Positions 1 through 11,336 are shown, counted from the stretch's first letter. The stretch: 64,000 bases of DNA from Candidatus Latescibacterota bacterium (GCA_965248755.1 OZ252149.1:2912001-2976000), one strand, 5' to 3'. Notes: generated from the sequence alone by a model not told the origin. Translations and numbers: made by a program.

Positions 1-1
1 G

Positions 2-1099
2 GATATTTATGGCCTTATCTCCGAAGGCAAGATAACTGAAGCTCAGGCCAAATTGGAGGAATGGGCTCTGATCCGTAAGGAGGATACGCAAAGAATACGG
101 GCTTTGTATCTTCTGGGCAGATTTTATTGGCAGTCTGGACAGTATGAGAAAGTGATTCAGACAATGCAAAGACTGATGGATCTTTCATCATCAGCGAACA
201 TAAAATCCTATGCGCTGCAGGTGATGGCTAATGCGTATGATGCCTTGGGGGAATATCAACAAGCTATTACGTGTTGTAGGCAGATACTCAATATTGTGGA
301 GATAGATTCATATGCAGCAAAGTATGCTACTGTAGATCTGGGGTTATATAACATCAAGCTGGGAGAATATGAGCAAGGCTTCGAGTTGTATGAAGAGGTC
401 TGGAAGGAGCGAGAAGGTTCCCGACTAATAGCGTTTGGAGATGCTTATCGACAAGGGATATATAAGGATGCCATTGCCCAATATGAGGTTGATGTCGTAC
501 AAACAGTGCATCCCAAGATCAAACTGGTAGGACTCGAGCAAGTCGCGAAGATGTATGAGGAGTCTTGGGAGGTGTTGGCGCAAAGAAGGGATTCCCTCGG
601 GCAAAGCTCGGTATCAATTCTAATGGCGTTAGGGAACGTTTATGAACAACAGGGAAAATACAAGGATGCCATTGCCCAATATCATAAGATAGGCGAGTTA
701 TATCCCAACCTTGAAGTATTGGCTCAATATTCGATAGGCTACAATTACTGGTTACTATTTGATGTTGATCGTGCTATCGTTGAATTCGAAAAGGTCCTGG
801 AAAATTATTCAGACATTATCTCTGATGAGAAGACAGATAAAATAGATTATTATTTGGAACTTCTCTATACTGTGAAAAGAGACTATCCCAGTGAGGATTG
901 GGTAGAAGTCAGAGAAGCTTTGGACATGGTGAATTCTGGAAGATATGAGGAGGCTGCGACCTTATATAAAGAGTTCCGTGGTCATTTCGAAGCGGATACC
1001 CAACTCATTACCCTTCTCGAGAACGTATTCCGCAAACGTGGGGTGTTTAGAGAGATGATGATGTCGCTGTTCCCAAAACAGGGACAGACAATGCAGTAA
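2..1099 (+). CDS. TPR-repeat protein, 5' end lies outside the window
   Basis: Frame is open from base 2; several TPR-like motifs (LGNVYEQQGKYKDAIAQY, AQYSIGYNY). Confidence 0.75.
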   Translation, partial: DIYGLISEGKITEAQAKLEEWALIRKEDTQRIRALYLLGRFYWQSGQYEKVIQTMQRLMDLSSSANIKSYALQVMANAYDALGEYQQAITCCRQILNIVEIDSYAAKYATVDLGLYNIKLGEYEQGFELYEEVWKEREGSRLIAFGDAYRQGIYKDAIAQYEVDVVQTVHPKIKLVGLEQVAKMYEESWEVLAQRRDSLGQSSVSILMALGNVYEQQGKYKDAIAQYHKIGELYPNLEVLAQYSIGYNYWLLFDVDRAIVEFEKVLENYSDIISDEKTDKIDYYLELLYTVKRDYPSEDWVEVREALDMVNSGRYEEAATLYKEFRGHFEADTQLITLLENVFRKRGVFREMMMSLFPKQGQTMQ

Positions 1100-1195
1100 C
1101 AACACAAAGGAATGTCCTTGATCTGATGTTCGTGACATAGAAAAGAGGTGTTGTGTAATATGCTCTTGTACTGCCCCCCAGAAAAGCGACATCAA

Positions 1196-2081
1196 TTAAG
1201 CAACTTGGGGTAGCAGATAAAATTGTTTTCTCCACTCTTCCGGGGTCTTGTATCCCAGGGATGAATGAAGCCTGTTCTTGTTGTAATTATCGATCCACTG
1301 AGATATGATCTTCTCAGCTTGTTCAAAGGACTTGAAATTGTGAAGCCACACACACTCCTGCTTGAGGGTCCTGAAAAAACGTTCTATGACCCCGTTCCAA
1401 TCGGCCTTTCCGCTCGGAATATATTCTTGACGAATGTCCCAATATTCGGTACTTGCCAAATAGGTCCGAGACAAAAAGATGGAGCCGTTGTCAGAGCGCA
1501 AAGTGAGACCCTGGGGGACAGCCTCCTTAGGAAGTGTATCGAGAGATCACGGCCCGATCCAGGGCATCTGTGGCCTCCAGTGCCCTCCCTTTTCGACTAA
1601 AACGATACCCGGGGAACCTCCCGACTCCCGTTGTCCACCACCGCAATAAGAGGACACCAACCATCTTCCCCACAATAGATCTTGGTCAAGTCAGCCGACC
1701 AGAGACTGTCAGGACGATCCATCACAGAACGCTTCTGGGCAACCTGTGGCCCCTTTCTCCCGGGGTCCCCGATTGATTCTATCGGGGATTCCACAGCTTA
1801 CACTGCCACCCCTTAAGCTTCATTATCCTATGAACCTTCTTGATGTTGACATATGCCCCTTCCTTGAAACGAAGATGCGCCCAAACCCGCCTGTGACCAA
1901 ATGCCTCTTCTTGGTCGAGTATCCCTCGAATACGAAAAGCAAGCTGTTCATCTATCACAGACTCTTCGACAGAAGAACTGACACCTCTATACCTAAGCCT
2001 ACACAGAGTCGAACGATGCAAACCCAAAGCCAAAGCTACCACCTTCCGGGAATAGCCTCGACCCAAAAACCGCTCACTCAA
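1196..2081 (-). pseudogene. IS3 OrfB DDE transposase, broken by three frame lesions
   Basis: WSADLT...VVD, RSDNGS and IERFFRTLKQE motifs are spread over different frames. Confidence 0.88.
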
Positions 2082-2407
2082 GGCAACCGCTTCGTTTTTT
2101 TTAGACGGGCTACCTCCTCGAGTATCTCCAACTGGAGGGTTAAGTGCCCTACCTTACGCTCCAACCGGCTGACCTCCCGCTCCTTCGCATCCTTGCGACC
2201 ACGCCGAGACTTCAGACTCTCCTGGCCTCCTTCCAAGAAACTATCACGCCAAGCATACGCCTGTGACTGGCTAATTCCATTCTTCCAACACACCTCTGAT
2301 ACATTCGCTCCTTTCAAAACAGCCAACACCACCTCTACCTTACGGGTCGCCGTCCAGCGCTTACCATCTTTCACTTCGGGGCTTGACACCTTGACCTCCT
2401 TTCTCAA
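2078..2407 (-). CDS. IS3 OrfA (HTH transposase subunit)
   Basis: HTH_Tnp_1-like sequence with a coiled-coil tail; A8 slippery run near the 3' end. Confidence 0.88.
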   Translation of the reverse strand: MRKEVKVSSPEVKDGKRWTATRKVEVVLAVLKGANVSEVCWKNGISQSQAYAWRDSFLEGGQESLKSRRGRKDAKEREVSRLERKVGHLTLQLEILEEVARLKKTKRLP

Positions 2408-2574
2408 ACCCCAATTTGCAAAATATTTGTCGCCCTGTCAAGGGGAGCGGTATGCTCTTTAACAATTCAAGCAAGCTCAAATTTGAGATGAGGTGATCCG
2501 GAAAATCTTTAGCCATTCTGTCATATCCGTTGCCAATAAATCACAAACACATTTCTTTGAGGAGGGATGATCGA

Positions 2575-2967
2575 ATGATTCTAAGAAAACGCTTATTCCG
2601 ACTATTACGGGCAATATTGGTTCTTGTTGTTACAGTAATCATGGTGAACGATGGCGCAAAAGATATATATGGACATGCTCCAGATCCTTGCGCTGAAGAC
2701 GAATGTAATGTTTATTGGGACGGCTGTGCTAGCCCTACTCATAGTTGTGACTCTGTGAAGACTTATTTTTGTTGGCCTGGTCTCATATGCAGCAAGCCGG
2801 TATGCGACGATACTGGCTCTGGAGGTGACAAATGCGACCATCCTACTTTTGGAACCGGCGATGGGTGTAATACGCACATTACTCACATATGTGAAGGTTG
2901 GCATGATAGTTGTTGGGCACCCTATGAATGTTCATGTGCTGTTGGATTTTGTCATTGTGTAGAATGA
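2575..2967 (+). CDS. Secreted cysteine/histidine-rich small protein (130 aa)
   Basis: GGAGGG RBS then ATG 2575; basic plus hydrophobic N-terminus; 15 Cys and 7 His in the ~97-aa mature part. Confidence 0.7.
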   Translation: MILRKRLFRLLRAILVLVVTVIMVNDGAKDIYGHAPDPCAEDECNVYWDGCASPTHSCDSVKTYFCWPGLICSKPVCDDTGSGGDKCDHPTFGTGDGCNTHITHICEGWHDSCWAPYECSCAVGFCHCVE

Positions 2968-3023
2968 TCAGGATAGCATACCGCTCCCCTTGACAGGGCG
3001 ACAAATATTTTGCAAATTGGGGT

Positions 3024-3353
3024 TTGAGAAAGGAGGTCAAGGTGTCAAGCCCCGAAGTGAAAGATGGTAAGCGCTGGACGGCGACCCGTAAGGTAGAGGT
3101 GGTGTTGGCTGTTTTGAAAGGAGCGAATGTATCAGAGGTGTGTTGGAAGAATGGAATTAGCCAGTCACAGGCGTATGCTTGGCGTGATAGTTTCTTGGAA
3201 GGAGGCCAGGAGAGTCTGAAGTCTCGGCGTGGTCGCAAGGATGCGAAGGAGCGGGAGGTCAGCCGGTTGGAGCGTAAGGTAGGGCACTTAACCCTCCAGT
3301 TGGAGATACTCGAGGAGGTAGCCCGTCTAAAAAAAACGAAGCGGTTGCCTTGA
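3024..3353 (+). CDS. IS3 OrfA
   Basis: Identical to copy 1 OrfA; A8 run at 3329-3336 is a candidate -1 frameshift site; true start may be GTG 3042. Confidence 0.88.
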   Translation: MRKEVKVSSPEVKDGKRWTATRKVEVVLAVLKGANVSEVCWKNGISQSQAYAWRDSFLEGGQESLKSRRGRKDAKEREVSRLERKVGHLTLQLEILEEVARLKKTKRLP

Positions 3354-4235
3354 GTGAGCGGTTTTTGGGTCGAGGCTATTCCCGGAAGGTGGTAGCTTTG
3401 GCTTTGGGTTTGCATCGTTCGACTCTGTGTAGGCTTAGGTATAGAGGTGTCAGTTCTTCTGTCGAAGAGTCTGTGATAGATGAACAGCTTGCTTTTCGTA
3501 TTCGAGGGATACTCGACCAAGAAGAGGCATTTGGTCACAGGCGGGTTTGGGCGCATCTTCGTTTCAAGGAAGGGGCATATGTCAACATCAAGAAGGTTCA
3601 TAGGATAATGAAGCTTAAGGGGTGGCAGTGTAAGCTGTGGAATCCCCGATAGAATCAATCGGGGACCCCGGGAGAAAGGGGCCACAGGTTGCCCAGAAGC
3701 GTTCTGTGATGGATCGTCCTGACAGTCTCTGGTCGGCTGACTTGACCAAGATCTATTGTGGGGAAGATGGTTGGTGTCCTCTTATTGCGGTGGTGGACAA
3801 CGGGAGTCGGGAGGTTCCCCGGGTATCGTTTTAGTCGAAAAGGGAGGGCACTGGAGGCCACAGATGCCCTGGATCGGGCCGTGATCTCTCGATACACTTC
3901 CTAAGGAGGCTGTCCCCCAGGGTCTCACTTTGCGCTCTGACAACGGCTCCATCTTTTTGTCTCGGACCTATTTGGCAAGTACCGAATATTGGGACATTCG
4001 TCAAGAATATATTCCGAGCGGAAAGGCCGATTGGAACGGGGTCATAGAACGTTTTTTCAGGACCCTCAAGCAGGAGTGTGTGTGGCTTCACAATTTCAAG
4101 TCCTTTGAACAAGCTGAGAAGATCATATCTCAGTGGATCGATAATTACAACAAGAACAGGCTTCATTCATCCCTGGGATACAAGACCCCGGAAGAGTGGA
4201 GAAAACAATTTTATCTGCTACCCCAAGTTGCTTAA
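3350..4235 (+). pseudogene. IS3 OrfB, broken
   Basis: Stop and frameshift at the palindrome 3644-3664; further frame lesions near 3817 and 3902. Confidence 0.88.
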
Positions 4236-4308
4236 TTGATGTCGCTTTTCTGGGGGGCAGTACAATAGTGTTATTATAAGTTATACCCAATTAAGGAGGA
4301 GACTCAAA

Positions 4309-5178
4309 ATGCTAGCAAAAATGTCTTTTGTACTGGGAACATTCTTGTTCTCGTTCTTCTGGCCAAGAATATCCCTGTGTCAAGTTGATGGCTTTCTATC
4401 TCCCGATGAACTACCTCCAGATATGATGATAGCTTTGCCACCCCTTCCAACCAATCTCCAACCGTTTACTCAAAGTACAGTAGAGGTGCAGCAATATCTG
4501 AAAGAAGGTAACAACCAGCAATATACAGCCGAGCTTGAAAGGATAGTCGCTGAGAATCCTGACGATGATGAGATCGCATTATTTGTATATATCGCGTTGG
4601 GGAATACCTGGGATACGGTAGCAGGCCCAGCTAAAGAATCCCAAAGAGAATACTACGAAAAAGCTTTGGGCTATTTTGTAAAGGGCAGAGATATTGCTAT
4701 TAAGGATAAACAGAAGTACCGGCTGCATCTTGCGCATATTTATGATGGCTTAGGTGAGGTTTATGAACATCTTGGGAACTATAGCTCAGCCCTTGAAGTT
4801 TATAGGACAATTGCTGAGGAGTACAGTGGAGTAGGGACGGGAAATTATTTGAATAAATTAGCTGCTGGTGGAGTTAACAAAGTGTCGGTATTGTCCCGCC
4901 GACTGGGTCTTAGTGCGAATGAATTGCGAGAAGATCTGCTAAACACAGCATCAGAAAATAAGGGAAACCTGATTGGCTTTCAAGCTCTAACGGAGATAGT
5001 ATTCCTCGAAGAATCAAATGGAGACTTTGATGCTGCATCAAAGACGTTGCAGCTGCTTAAAGATAGGAATAGGGGGAAAGAATTCGTCGGACATATAAAC
5101 GTGAGATTATTTACCCAACGAATTAAAGAGCGAATCGTAAAACGACAACAGCATGAACAACACATTCGTAACCGGTAG
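4309..5178 (+). CDS. Secreted TPR-containing protein
   Basis: AAGGAGGAG RBS; signal peptide; TPR-like motif LGEVYEHLGNYSSALEVY. Confidence 0.75.
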   Translation: MLAKMSFVLGTFLFSFFWPRISLCQVDGFLSPDELPPDMMIALPPLPTNLQPFTQSTVEVQQYLKEGNNQQYTAELERIVAENPDDDEIALFVYIALGNTWDTVAGPAKESQREYYEKALGYFVKGRDIAIKDKQKYRLHLAHIYDGLGEVYEHLGNYSSALEVYRTIAEEYSGVGTGNYLNKLAAGGVNKVSVLSRRLGLSANELREDLLNTASENKGNLIGFQALTEIVFLEESNGDFDAASKTLQLLKDRNRGKEFVGHINVRLFTQRIKERIVKRQQHEQHIRNR

Positions 5179-5215
5179 TTTGTGATTCTTTTAGCCTTAG
5201 GAAACGGCGGTACAA

Positions 5216-5719
5216 TTGAGAACCCTTTCCCCGTTGTTCATAGCTGCCGTAATCTGTTTGAACTGTGGAGAGCAGAACAATCGTCCCCACAACCAAGATG
5301 CCCGTAAAATACAAAAGCCATCTTCTGAGTTGTCCATTGGAGCATATCCAGCCAAACGGATGGAGGAAAAGATAAGAAAGCCACCTCTTGGATGGGCAAT
5401 CGTTGATGTTCATGGTAAGAGAGGTAAAATCGTATATCTTGTTGAGGATCAGCCAATCTTCACAGAGCAAAATATCGTGTCAGCCAGACAGGTAAGATCA
5501 GGAAACGTTTTAGTAGAATTGGATGTAATAGGCACAGAGGTTTTAAGCGAGTATAGCGTTGATGATTCACGTCATAATCAACCTGTTGGAATAAAGATCA
5601 ACGATCGCTGGGTGAGTTTTCCTCTTCTATTGACGCATATACGTCACGGGTCCTCTCTACTTGGAGGACTTACAGAGGAAGAAGTTCAACACGTAATAGA
5701 GACTTTTCCCAGTCAATGA
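5216..5719 (+). CDS. Putative lipoprotein, weakly similar to the SecDF P1-head subdomain
   Basis: Lipobox-like ICLNC; motifs PIFTEQNIVSA and PVGIKINDRWVSFP. Confidence 0.5.
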   Translation: MRTLSPLFIAAVICLNCGEQNNRPHNQDARKIQKPSSELSIGAYPAKRMEEKIRKPPLGWAIVDVHGKRGKIVYLVEDQPIFTEQNIVSARQVRSGNVLVELDVIGTEVLSEYSVDDSRHNQPVGIKINDRWVSFPLLLTHIRHGSSLLGGLTEEEVQHVIETFPSQ

Positions 5720-5755
5720 ATCACGCTAAAAAGCGACGGGAGTCTTCGACGCGTT

Positions 5756-5790
5756 GGGTCTTCCAGGTTTTTCGTGTAAATGGATAATTG
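5756..5790 (-). mobile_element. Isolated IS256-type right-end remnant
   Basis: Reverse complement TTTACACGAAAAACCTGGAAGACCC resembles IS256 termini and the end at 12334. Confidence 0.5.
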
Positions 5791-5816
5791 CCTCAACCCC
5801 CTTGACCTATCTCCGA

Positions 5817-6491
5817 TCACAGATCAATTTCTTTTAAACAGACCACCCTTACTTTATCCAGCATATTTTTCTCCCTTAACGTTTTTTCTATATCCTCTTT
5901 AAGCTTATTAGATGTAACAACAGATATTATCTGTTTAACTCCAACCTTTATACATTTAACGACATTAGAGATCGAATCAGACTTTCCTGTCTCAGTCTCA
6001 ATTGCTAGTTTCCGTCCATCTTTCACAACCAGAACATCAACCTTCTTTCCTCTTCCAAGAGAATATTTAGGATAAACTTTATAGTCCTTGGCAATGTAAT
6101 ACTCCATTACCTTTATCTGCCAGAACACATGCTCTGCCCCACCCCTTCTGTTAGATGTTCTATACCCAAGCTTTTTAAGATACACTCTCCCAATTGAAGT
6201 TAGGTCAAACAGCTTTACCTTCCCTCTTCGAATCTTCACAACTACAGGCTTTATGAATCCCCTCTCCATCAAATCTTTCAAACACTGATTGCCAGCCCTC
6301 GGGTTTAGTTCTAGCCTCTTATATCTTTCAATAACACATGATTCTGGATGCTTGAAAATATCTCTCAAGAATATCTTCTCTCTCCTGCTGAGTTTGTCTC
6401 TATACCAAATCCCTCTATCTTTGGCAATTCGAGGTATTTTAAGACTGAAATCTGTGAAATCGCTTATAGAAGTCGGAATTCTACATATCAT
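5817..6491 (-). CDS. Winged-HTH plus PD-(D/E)XK-like domain protein, possibly the C-terminal part of a larger gene
   Basis: LKDLMERGFI...LTSIG wHTH-like segment; H...VDVLV...LAIETETGKS nuclease-like motif. Confidence 0.5.
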   Translation of the reverse strand: MICRIPTSISDFTDFSLKIPRIAKDRGIWYRDKLSRREKIFLRDIFKHPESCVIERYKRLELNPRAGNQCLKDLMERGFIKPVVVKIRRGKVKLFDLTSIGRVYLKKLGYRTSNRRGGAEHVFWQIKVMEYYIAKDYKVYPKYSLGRGKKVDVLVVKDGRKLAIETETGKSDSISNVVKCIKVGVKQIISVVTSNKLKEDIEKTLREKNMLDKVRVVCLKEIDL

Positions 6492-6675
6492 CTAAACTCC
6501 TAACCTCTCCCACATATTCAGCCCCACACCTTACCATCATATCCTTAAGCAGATAGCGGTGGCAGAACAATTCTGCCCGGCAATAGCAGGCAAGCATCAC
6601 CTCTTCCATGTTGAGGACCTCATCCCACCTTTGCCTGTTATCCTGATAACTTTTCCGTATGATCTCATAGGTCAA
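6481..6675 (-). pseudogene. C-terminal gene fragment truncated by IS256
   Basis: LACYC...CHRYLL motif (DUF488/DUF4326-like); abuts the IS256 end. Confidence 0.4.
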
Positions 6676-7926
6676 GTCCTATTTTTAGTTGAAATTGGTG
6701 GGGCTCCGATCGTAATGTCATGCTGATAACGTTTCTTGAGAGAGGTTCAATTCTTTCTGAATAGCTTGTCTCAGCAGGGGCAAATAGCTTGTCCCCTTCA
6801 CTTTTCGCGATCGAGGTTCAATATCCAGAAGAGCACTGGCCAGCCAGCGGCATCGCTGATGTGAATTCTTCCATAGTTTAACGTTCCTTGTCAGTTGAGC
6901 AACCTGACTGTTTATGGATTCGAGGCAATTAGTCGTTCGGAAGCTGGTCTTCAAGTAGGGAATCAGACCCAGCCGGTGAAGAGTTAAGGTCTCCTCGAAA
7001 CCCTCTTCCAGACTCTTTGAGGCCGACCGGTTCATCAAGACTAATTCGGGTTTGAGAGCATTCAATGCTGACCTGGCTTCTTGGTAGGTCTCCTGGTTAT
7101 AAGCACTCTGAAGCTTTCGCCTCATATTGACCTGCTGGTTCTTGGGAAGATAGGAGACCACATTTTCTCGTTTATGCCACTGACATCTCTGAACACAGAC
7201 ATAGCCTTTGAGTGGCTTGACGATGGCGTTATATAGTCCTTTGGATCCATCTACTATGACTAAAAGACCGACTTGGTAGCGCAATCCACGGTCAATGAGA
7301 CTTCGGATAAACTGTCGGCAGACCCGTTCGTTCTCTGTGGCTGCCTGAATAAAACCCAGGGCAACCTTTTCACCGTCGATTGTAATACCTAAAGCAATGA
7401 GCATCTCCTGATCGGCAAAGGTCTTCCCGTCGATAAATAGAGCCACTAAATCATACTCCTGTAGGGACCGCTCCTGGAAGTCTTTAAGCTTACGAGCCGA
7501 AGCCTTGATAAAACGCCGTGATACACTCGAGGAAGATAGACCAAAGGCACCGGGAATCGCCTCGGCACAAGCTTTATACTCTCGAGAGGAGATACCTTTC
7601 AGGACACGGAGCAGCAAACCCTCATCTATCTTCCGAGGCACTTGCAGAGATTGATAAGACTCCAAAGACACTTCGGCATTCGCATCTACATTGCGCACCC
7701 GAGGTACCGAAACAGGAAGCTTCTGATCTGCCAGATACACAGATCCATTCTGTCTGCCCCAACGACGATGAGGAACTTGAACCCCCTTACGGCTATATCG
7801 TGTTCCCACTAAAGCGACAACCTCCTGTTGCAATAAATCGCTTACGGTTTCCAGTCCCAAGGGAATTAACTCCTGAATCAAAGCAATGCGAACATCTAAA
7901 GCCTGAAGCTCTTTTTCAAACAGAAG
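6675..7926 (-). mobile_element. IS256-family element; transposase stop at 6718, 5' end removed by the adjacent IS
   Basis: Mutator-type motifs IVDGSKGL, QRCQWHK, RTTNCLESINS. Confidence 0.85.
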
Positions 7927-9102
7927 AGTAAAGACACATGGTATCCACCCTCATGGGATAATTTTGCCTATATTTAGGTTAGGATCGAAAAAAGGAGGGT
8001 AGATACACATGGAGAATGCAATTACTTATAGCGATGTTCTTGCTCTTAATCCTAATCCTGTTGATCTTCGTATCAAGATGGTTCAGGCTGCTCAACAATA
8101 CGGTGTCTCGTATGCTGCAAGGGCTTTTAATACAACACGCAAGAGTATAAGAAAATGGGTGAAACGTTATCTTGAAGACCGATCCTTGAAGAGTCTAGAA
8201 AATCATACGAAAGCACCCATAAACCCTCACTGTTTGTTACCGGAGGAGATCAGAAAGCTGATTGTAAAGTTCCGACAGACCCATCCTTCTTTAGGATATC
8301 CCTATCTATTGGGCTTTCTCCAAAAACAGAATGTTCCCACTGATCAAATCCCCTCCAAGCCGACTGCCTATGCTATCTGGAAAAAACACAATCTCATAAA
8401 GAAACGCAGGCGAAAATGGAGGAGAAAGAAACTTGTCTGCCAGTGGAAAAAGAAACTACGCCCCTTTGAATATATCCAGATCGATGTCAAACATCTGTGC
8501 GATATCCCCAACTACCTGAAACAACACTACAAAACAGGTGCCCAACTCCCTATGTTTGAGTATACTGCCAGAGATATCAAGACAGGCGGTCTCTTCGTAA
8601 GCCTGGCAGACGAACAGAGCCTGATCAACTACTGCATCTTCGCCGAAGCATTACTCCAACACCTGGAAGACCACAAGGTCTATCCACGAAAGATCCAGAC
8701 CGACAACGGAACAGAATTCGTCAATACAAGGATGCCCTCAAAAAGACCCTCTTTACCGACCTCATCCAACAAAGAGGCATAGAACATAAACGCATCCCAC
8801 CACGGGCTACTACATACCAATCCGATGTAGAACGCGCCCACGGCCTAATCGAATACGAATTCTACGACACCGTCAAGATTACCAACTGTGCCAACCTCTG
8901 CCGGAAACTCCAAACCTATCAATGGTTGTTCAATACCCAAAGACATAATAACTACAAAGAATCCAAAACCCCTCTGCACATAGCAACCCAACATACACCC
9001 ACAGAAAACCTCGACCCTCAACTTTTTAACTTCCCAGTCTTGATACTTGACTCTCTTCTCTCTATCTTTATCAAGGGTGGATACCATGTGCCTTTACCCG
9101 AC
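7927..9102 (+). mobile_element. IS481-like element with a frameshifted transposase (8009-9126)
   Basis: TIR core GTAAAG(A/G)CACATGGTATCCACCC at both ends; HTH, QIDVK, QTDNGTEF and VERAH motifs; one frameshift near 8730. Confidence 0.8.
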
Positions 9103-9194
9103 ATTTTATCATCAAAAAAGGCTTGACAAAGGGTTGGAATTGTACTATATCATTGTCGATGGCAGATGTGATCGAGAAGACGTATTTATTCTAG

Positions 9195-10841
9195 CCCGAA
9201 TAATTCACAAGAAAAGGCAGTGCATTAATTAAGGGATTGAATTGTATTATAGTTAGGTAGTATAACTACAAAAACAATCCCGAAAATTAAAGAGGCACTG
9301 CCATGAATGAAGATATACAAGTTTCGCTTAAGTTGAAAGACGTTTCTGGCAAGAAAGTGACTGTAGATTTCACCGGTGGAGATGTGACATCCGATGCTGG
9401 AGTCCTTGCTTTGAAAGAAGTTGCAAAGAAAATTGGGATCATAGAACACCTTGTAGAGGCTATAGGTGATGATCGTCATCAAAGCTATGTACAGCATCAT
9501 ATCGGGGAACTCCTGAATCAACGTATTTTTCAGATTATATGTGGTTATGAAGATACTAACGATTCAGATTATCTGAGGGCCGATCTTGGGTTCAAGGTCT
9601 CCTGCGACAGGCTCCCCTCTGAGGCCCATTTGGCAAGTCAGCCCACTATGAGTCGTTTTGAAAACTCCATCTGCTCCAAAGACCTCTACAAAATAGAAGA
9701 AGTATTCGTAGATCGGTTCATAGATTCATATGAAAAACCACCAAAGGGTATCATTCTGGATATTGATGATACTGATGATATTACCCACGGCGCCCAACAG
9801 TTGCAATTGTTCAATGCTTACCACAATGACTACTGCTTTATGCCCCTTTTTATCTTTGAGGGGAAAAGCGGTAAACTTATAACGAGCATCTTACGTCCTG
9901 GCAGACGACCTTGTGGCAGAGAAATTCGTGCGATAATCAAAAGGATCATCAAAAGAATAAGAGCCGCCTGGCCCAAAGTGGGCATCATCATTCGTGGTGA
10001 TTGTCACTTTGCTTCTTGTGAACTCTACCTGTGGTGCGAAAGCCATAATGTCCATTATCTCGTGGGTCTTTCAAAGAACGCCGTACTTAAAGTATACGCT
10101 GAATCTGCTCTGAAGACAGCACATCAGAGATATTCTGATTCTGGCAAGAAGGTGCGTGTTTTCAAAGAAGTAGGCTATCAGGCCAGGAGCTGGCACAAAC
10201 CAAGAAGAGTGATAATAATGGCCGAAGTCTCTGATATGGGCGAGAATCTCCGCTTTGTGGTCACCAGCTTGGAAAGCTCCCAACCATCGTTCCTCTATGA
10301 AACGGCCTACTGTGGCCGAGGACAGATGGAGAACTTTATCAAGGAGCACAAAGTCGCTCTCAAAAGTGGCCGTACATCGTGCCACAGCTTCCTGGCAAAC
10401 AGTCTTCGCCTTATGCTTCACAGCGCCGCCTATGTTATTCTGCATAGGTTCAGACAGAAAGCTCTTGCTGGCACCTCCTTTGCCAATGCTCAATTCGATA
10501 CCATAAGGCTGCGATTACTCAAAATCGGGGCGGAAGTTCGGGAGCTAAAGACTAAAGTGCATTTCATATTGCCCTCTTCCTACCCATTGAAAGATGTCTT
10601 TGTAATGATGTGCAATAAAATAGCTTTCATAACATAGAGTAAGACTTATCTAATTAAATTACATAGAGATACTGTTTCACGCAAGGAATAAGCATGTCCT
10701 TCTCGGCACTATACGCCAAATCTGATCAGTATTCCAAAGATGCTTTGCCACTTGCTGTCGCCTTGCACCGCTCAAATATCCAGTTACCCTTTATTCTGAG
10801 GTCAAATTCATTTTTTAAACGAAGTTTATGAATTAATCGGG
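9195..10841 (+). mobile_element. IS1380-family element, TSD CTAG
   Basis: Ends CCCGAATAATTCA / TGAATTAATCGGG, each flanked by CTAG. Confidence 0.9.
9303..10637 (+). CDS. IS1380 transposase, apparently intact
   Basis: FTGGDVTSDAG, LASQPTMSRFEN, RGDCHF, YCGRGQMENFIKE. Confidence 0.92.
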   Translation: MNEDIQVSLKLKDVSGKKVTVDFTGGDVTSDAGVLALKEVAKKIGIIEHLVEAIGDDRHQSYVQHHIGELLNQRIFQIICGYEDTNDSDYLRADLGFKVSCDRLPSEAHLASQPTMSRFENSICSKDLYKIEEVFVDRFIDSYEKPPKGIILDIDDTDDITHGAQQLQLFNAYHNDYCFMPLFIFEGKSGKLITSILRPGRRPCGREIRAIIKRIIKRIRAAWPKVGIIIRGDCHFASCELYLWCESHNVHYLVGLSKNAVLKVYAESALKTAHQRYSDSGKKVRVFKEVGYQARSWHKPRRVIIMAEVSDMGENLRFVVTSLESSQPSFLYETAYCGRGQMENFIKEHKVALKSGRTSCHSFLANSLRLMLHSAAYVILHRFRQKALAGTSFANAQFDTIRLRLLKIGAEVRELKTKVHFILPSSYPLKDVFVMMCNKIAFIT

Positions 10842-11336
10842 CTAGTAATAGCGTTCTTGTCGAGCAGTACTTATTCCTGGCATGACGAGATTCATAAGTT
10901 TCAAGCACAGTACGAAGCTAGGAATCTACCAGTTCCTGTTAGGGGTGAGTTTACTTGTGATAAGGAAGCGACTTATTTCTTAAAGGACAAGATAAAATCT
11001 CAGGGACATGGTACTACTAACTACTATGTATGGGACCAAGCTCACTGGGATAAAATGGATCAATTCCGAGACAATCAGGGGGAACAGGTTGTTACCAGCA
11101 GTAATTACAGAACTCCCGATTGGAATAAAGATCCTGCGGTATGTGAAGGTGTAGACAAAAGTTCCCATCAGTATGGTAACGGTAGCGATATCACTAAAAT
11201 TGGTGACACGACATGGTCTGCTATGGATTCTACTCAAAAGGCAGATAAAACGGCCGAAGCTGCGGAACATTTTGGTTTTGCTCTTGATGAGACTACTCAC
11301 CTGCATGTTAGAACTGGTGCTGCTGAACCTTGCTAA
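10842..11336 (+). pseudogene. Peptidase M15/Hedgehog-DD-peptidase-like secreted protein, N-terminus cut by IS1380
   Basis: SSNYRTPDWN...SSHQYGNGSD...HLHV Zn-peptidase pattern; removing the IS restores a hydrophobic leader VFILVIAFLSSSTYS. Confidence 0.55.

Larger units (their letters stand above)
1167..2454 (-). mobile_element. IS3-family insertion sequence, copy 1 (1288 bp), TSD CTCT
   Basis: Near-identical to 2977-4264 and 16862-18149; imperfect TIRs CATACCGCTCCCC / TGTACTGCCCCCC; CTCT on both sides. Confidence 0.93.
2977..4264 (+). mobile_element. IS3-family insertion sequence, copy 2 (1288 bp), TSD ATAG
   Basis: Reverse complement of copy 1; ATAG on both sides. Confidence 0.93.

Noticed and set aside
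1265..4166. Antisense ORFs inside the IS3 copies (111, 80, 238 and 268 aa, and equivalents near 17 kb)
   Set aside because: Shadow frames of the transposase; their ends change with the flanking DNA.
1167..4264. Composite transposon of inverted IS3 copies carrying the Cys-rich gene
   Set aside because: Each copy has its own TSD (CTCT vs ATAG), so they inserted independently; there is no shared outer duplication.
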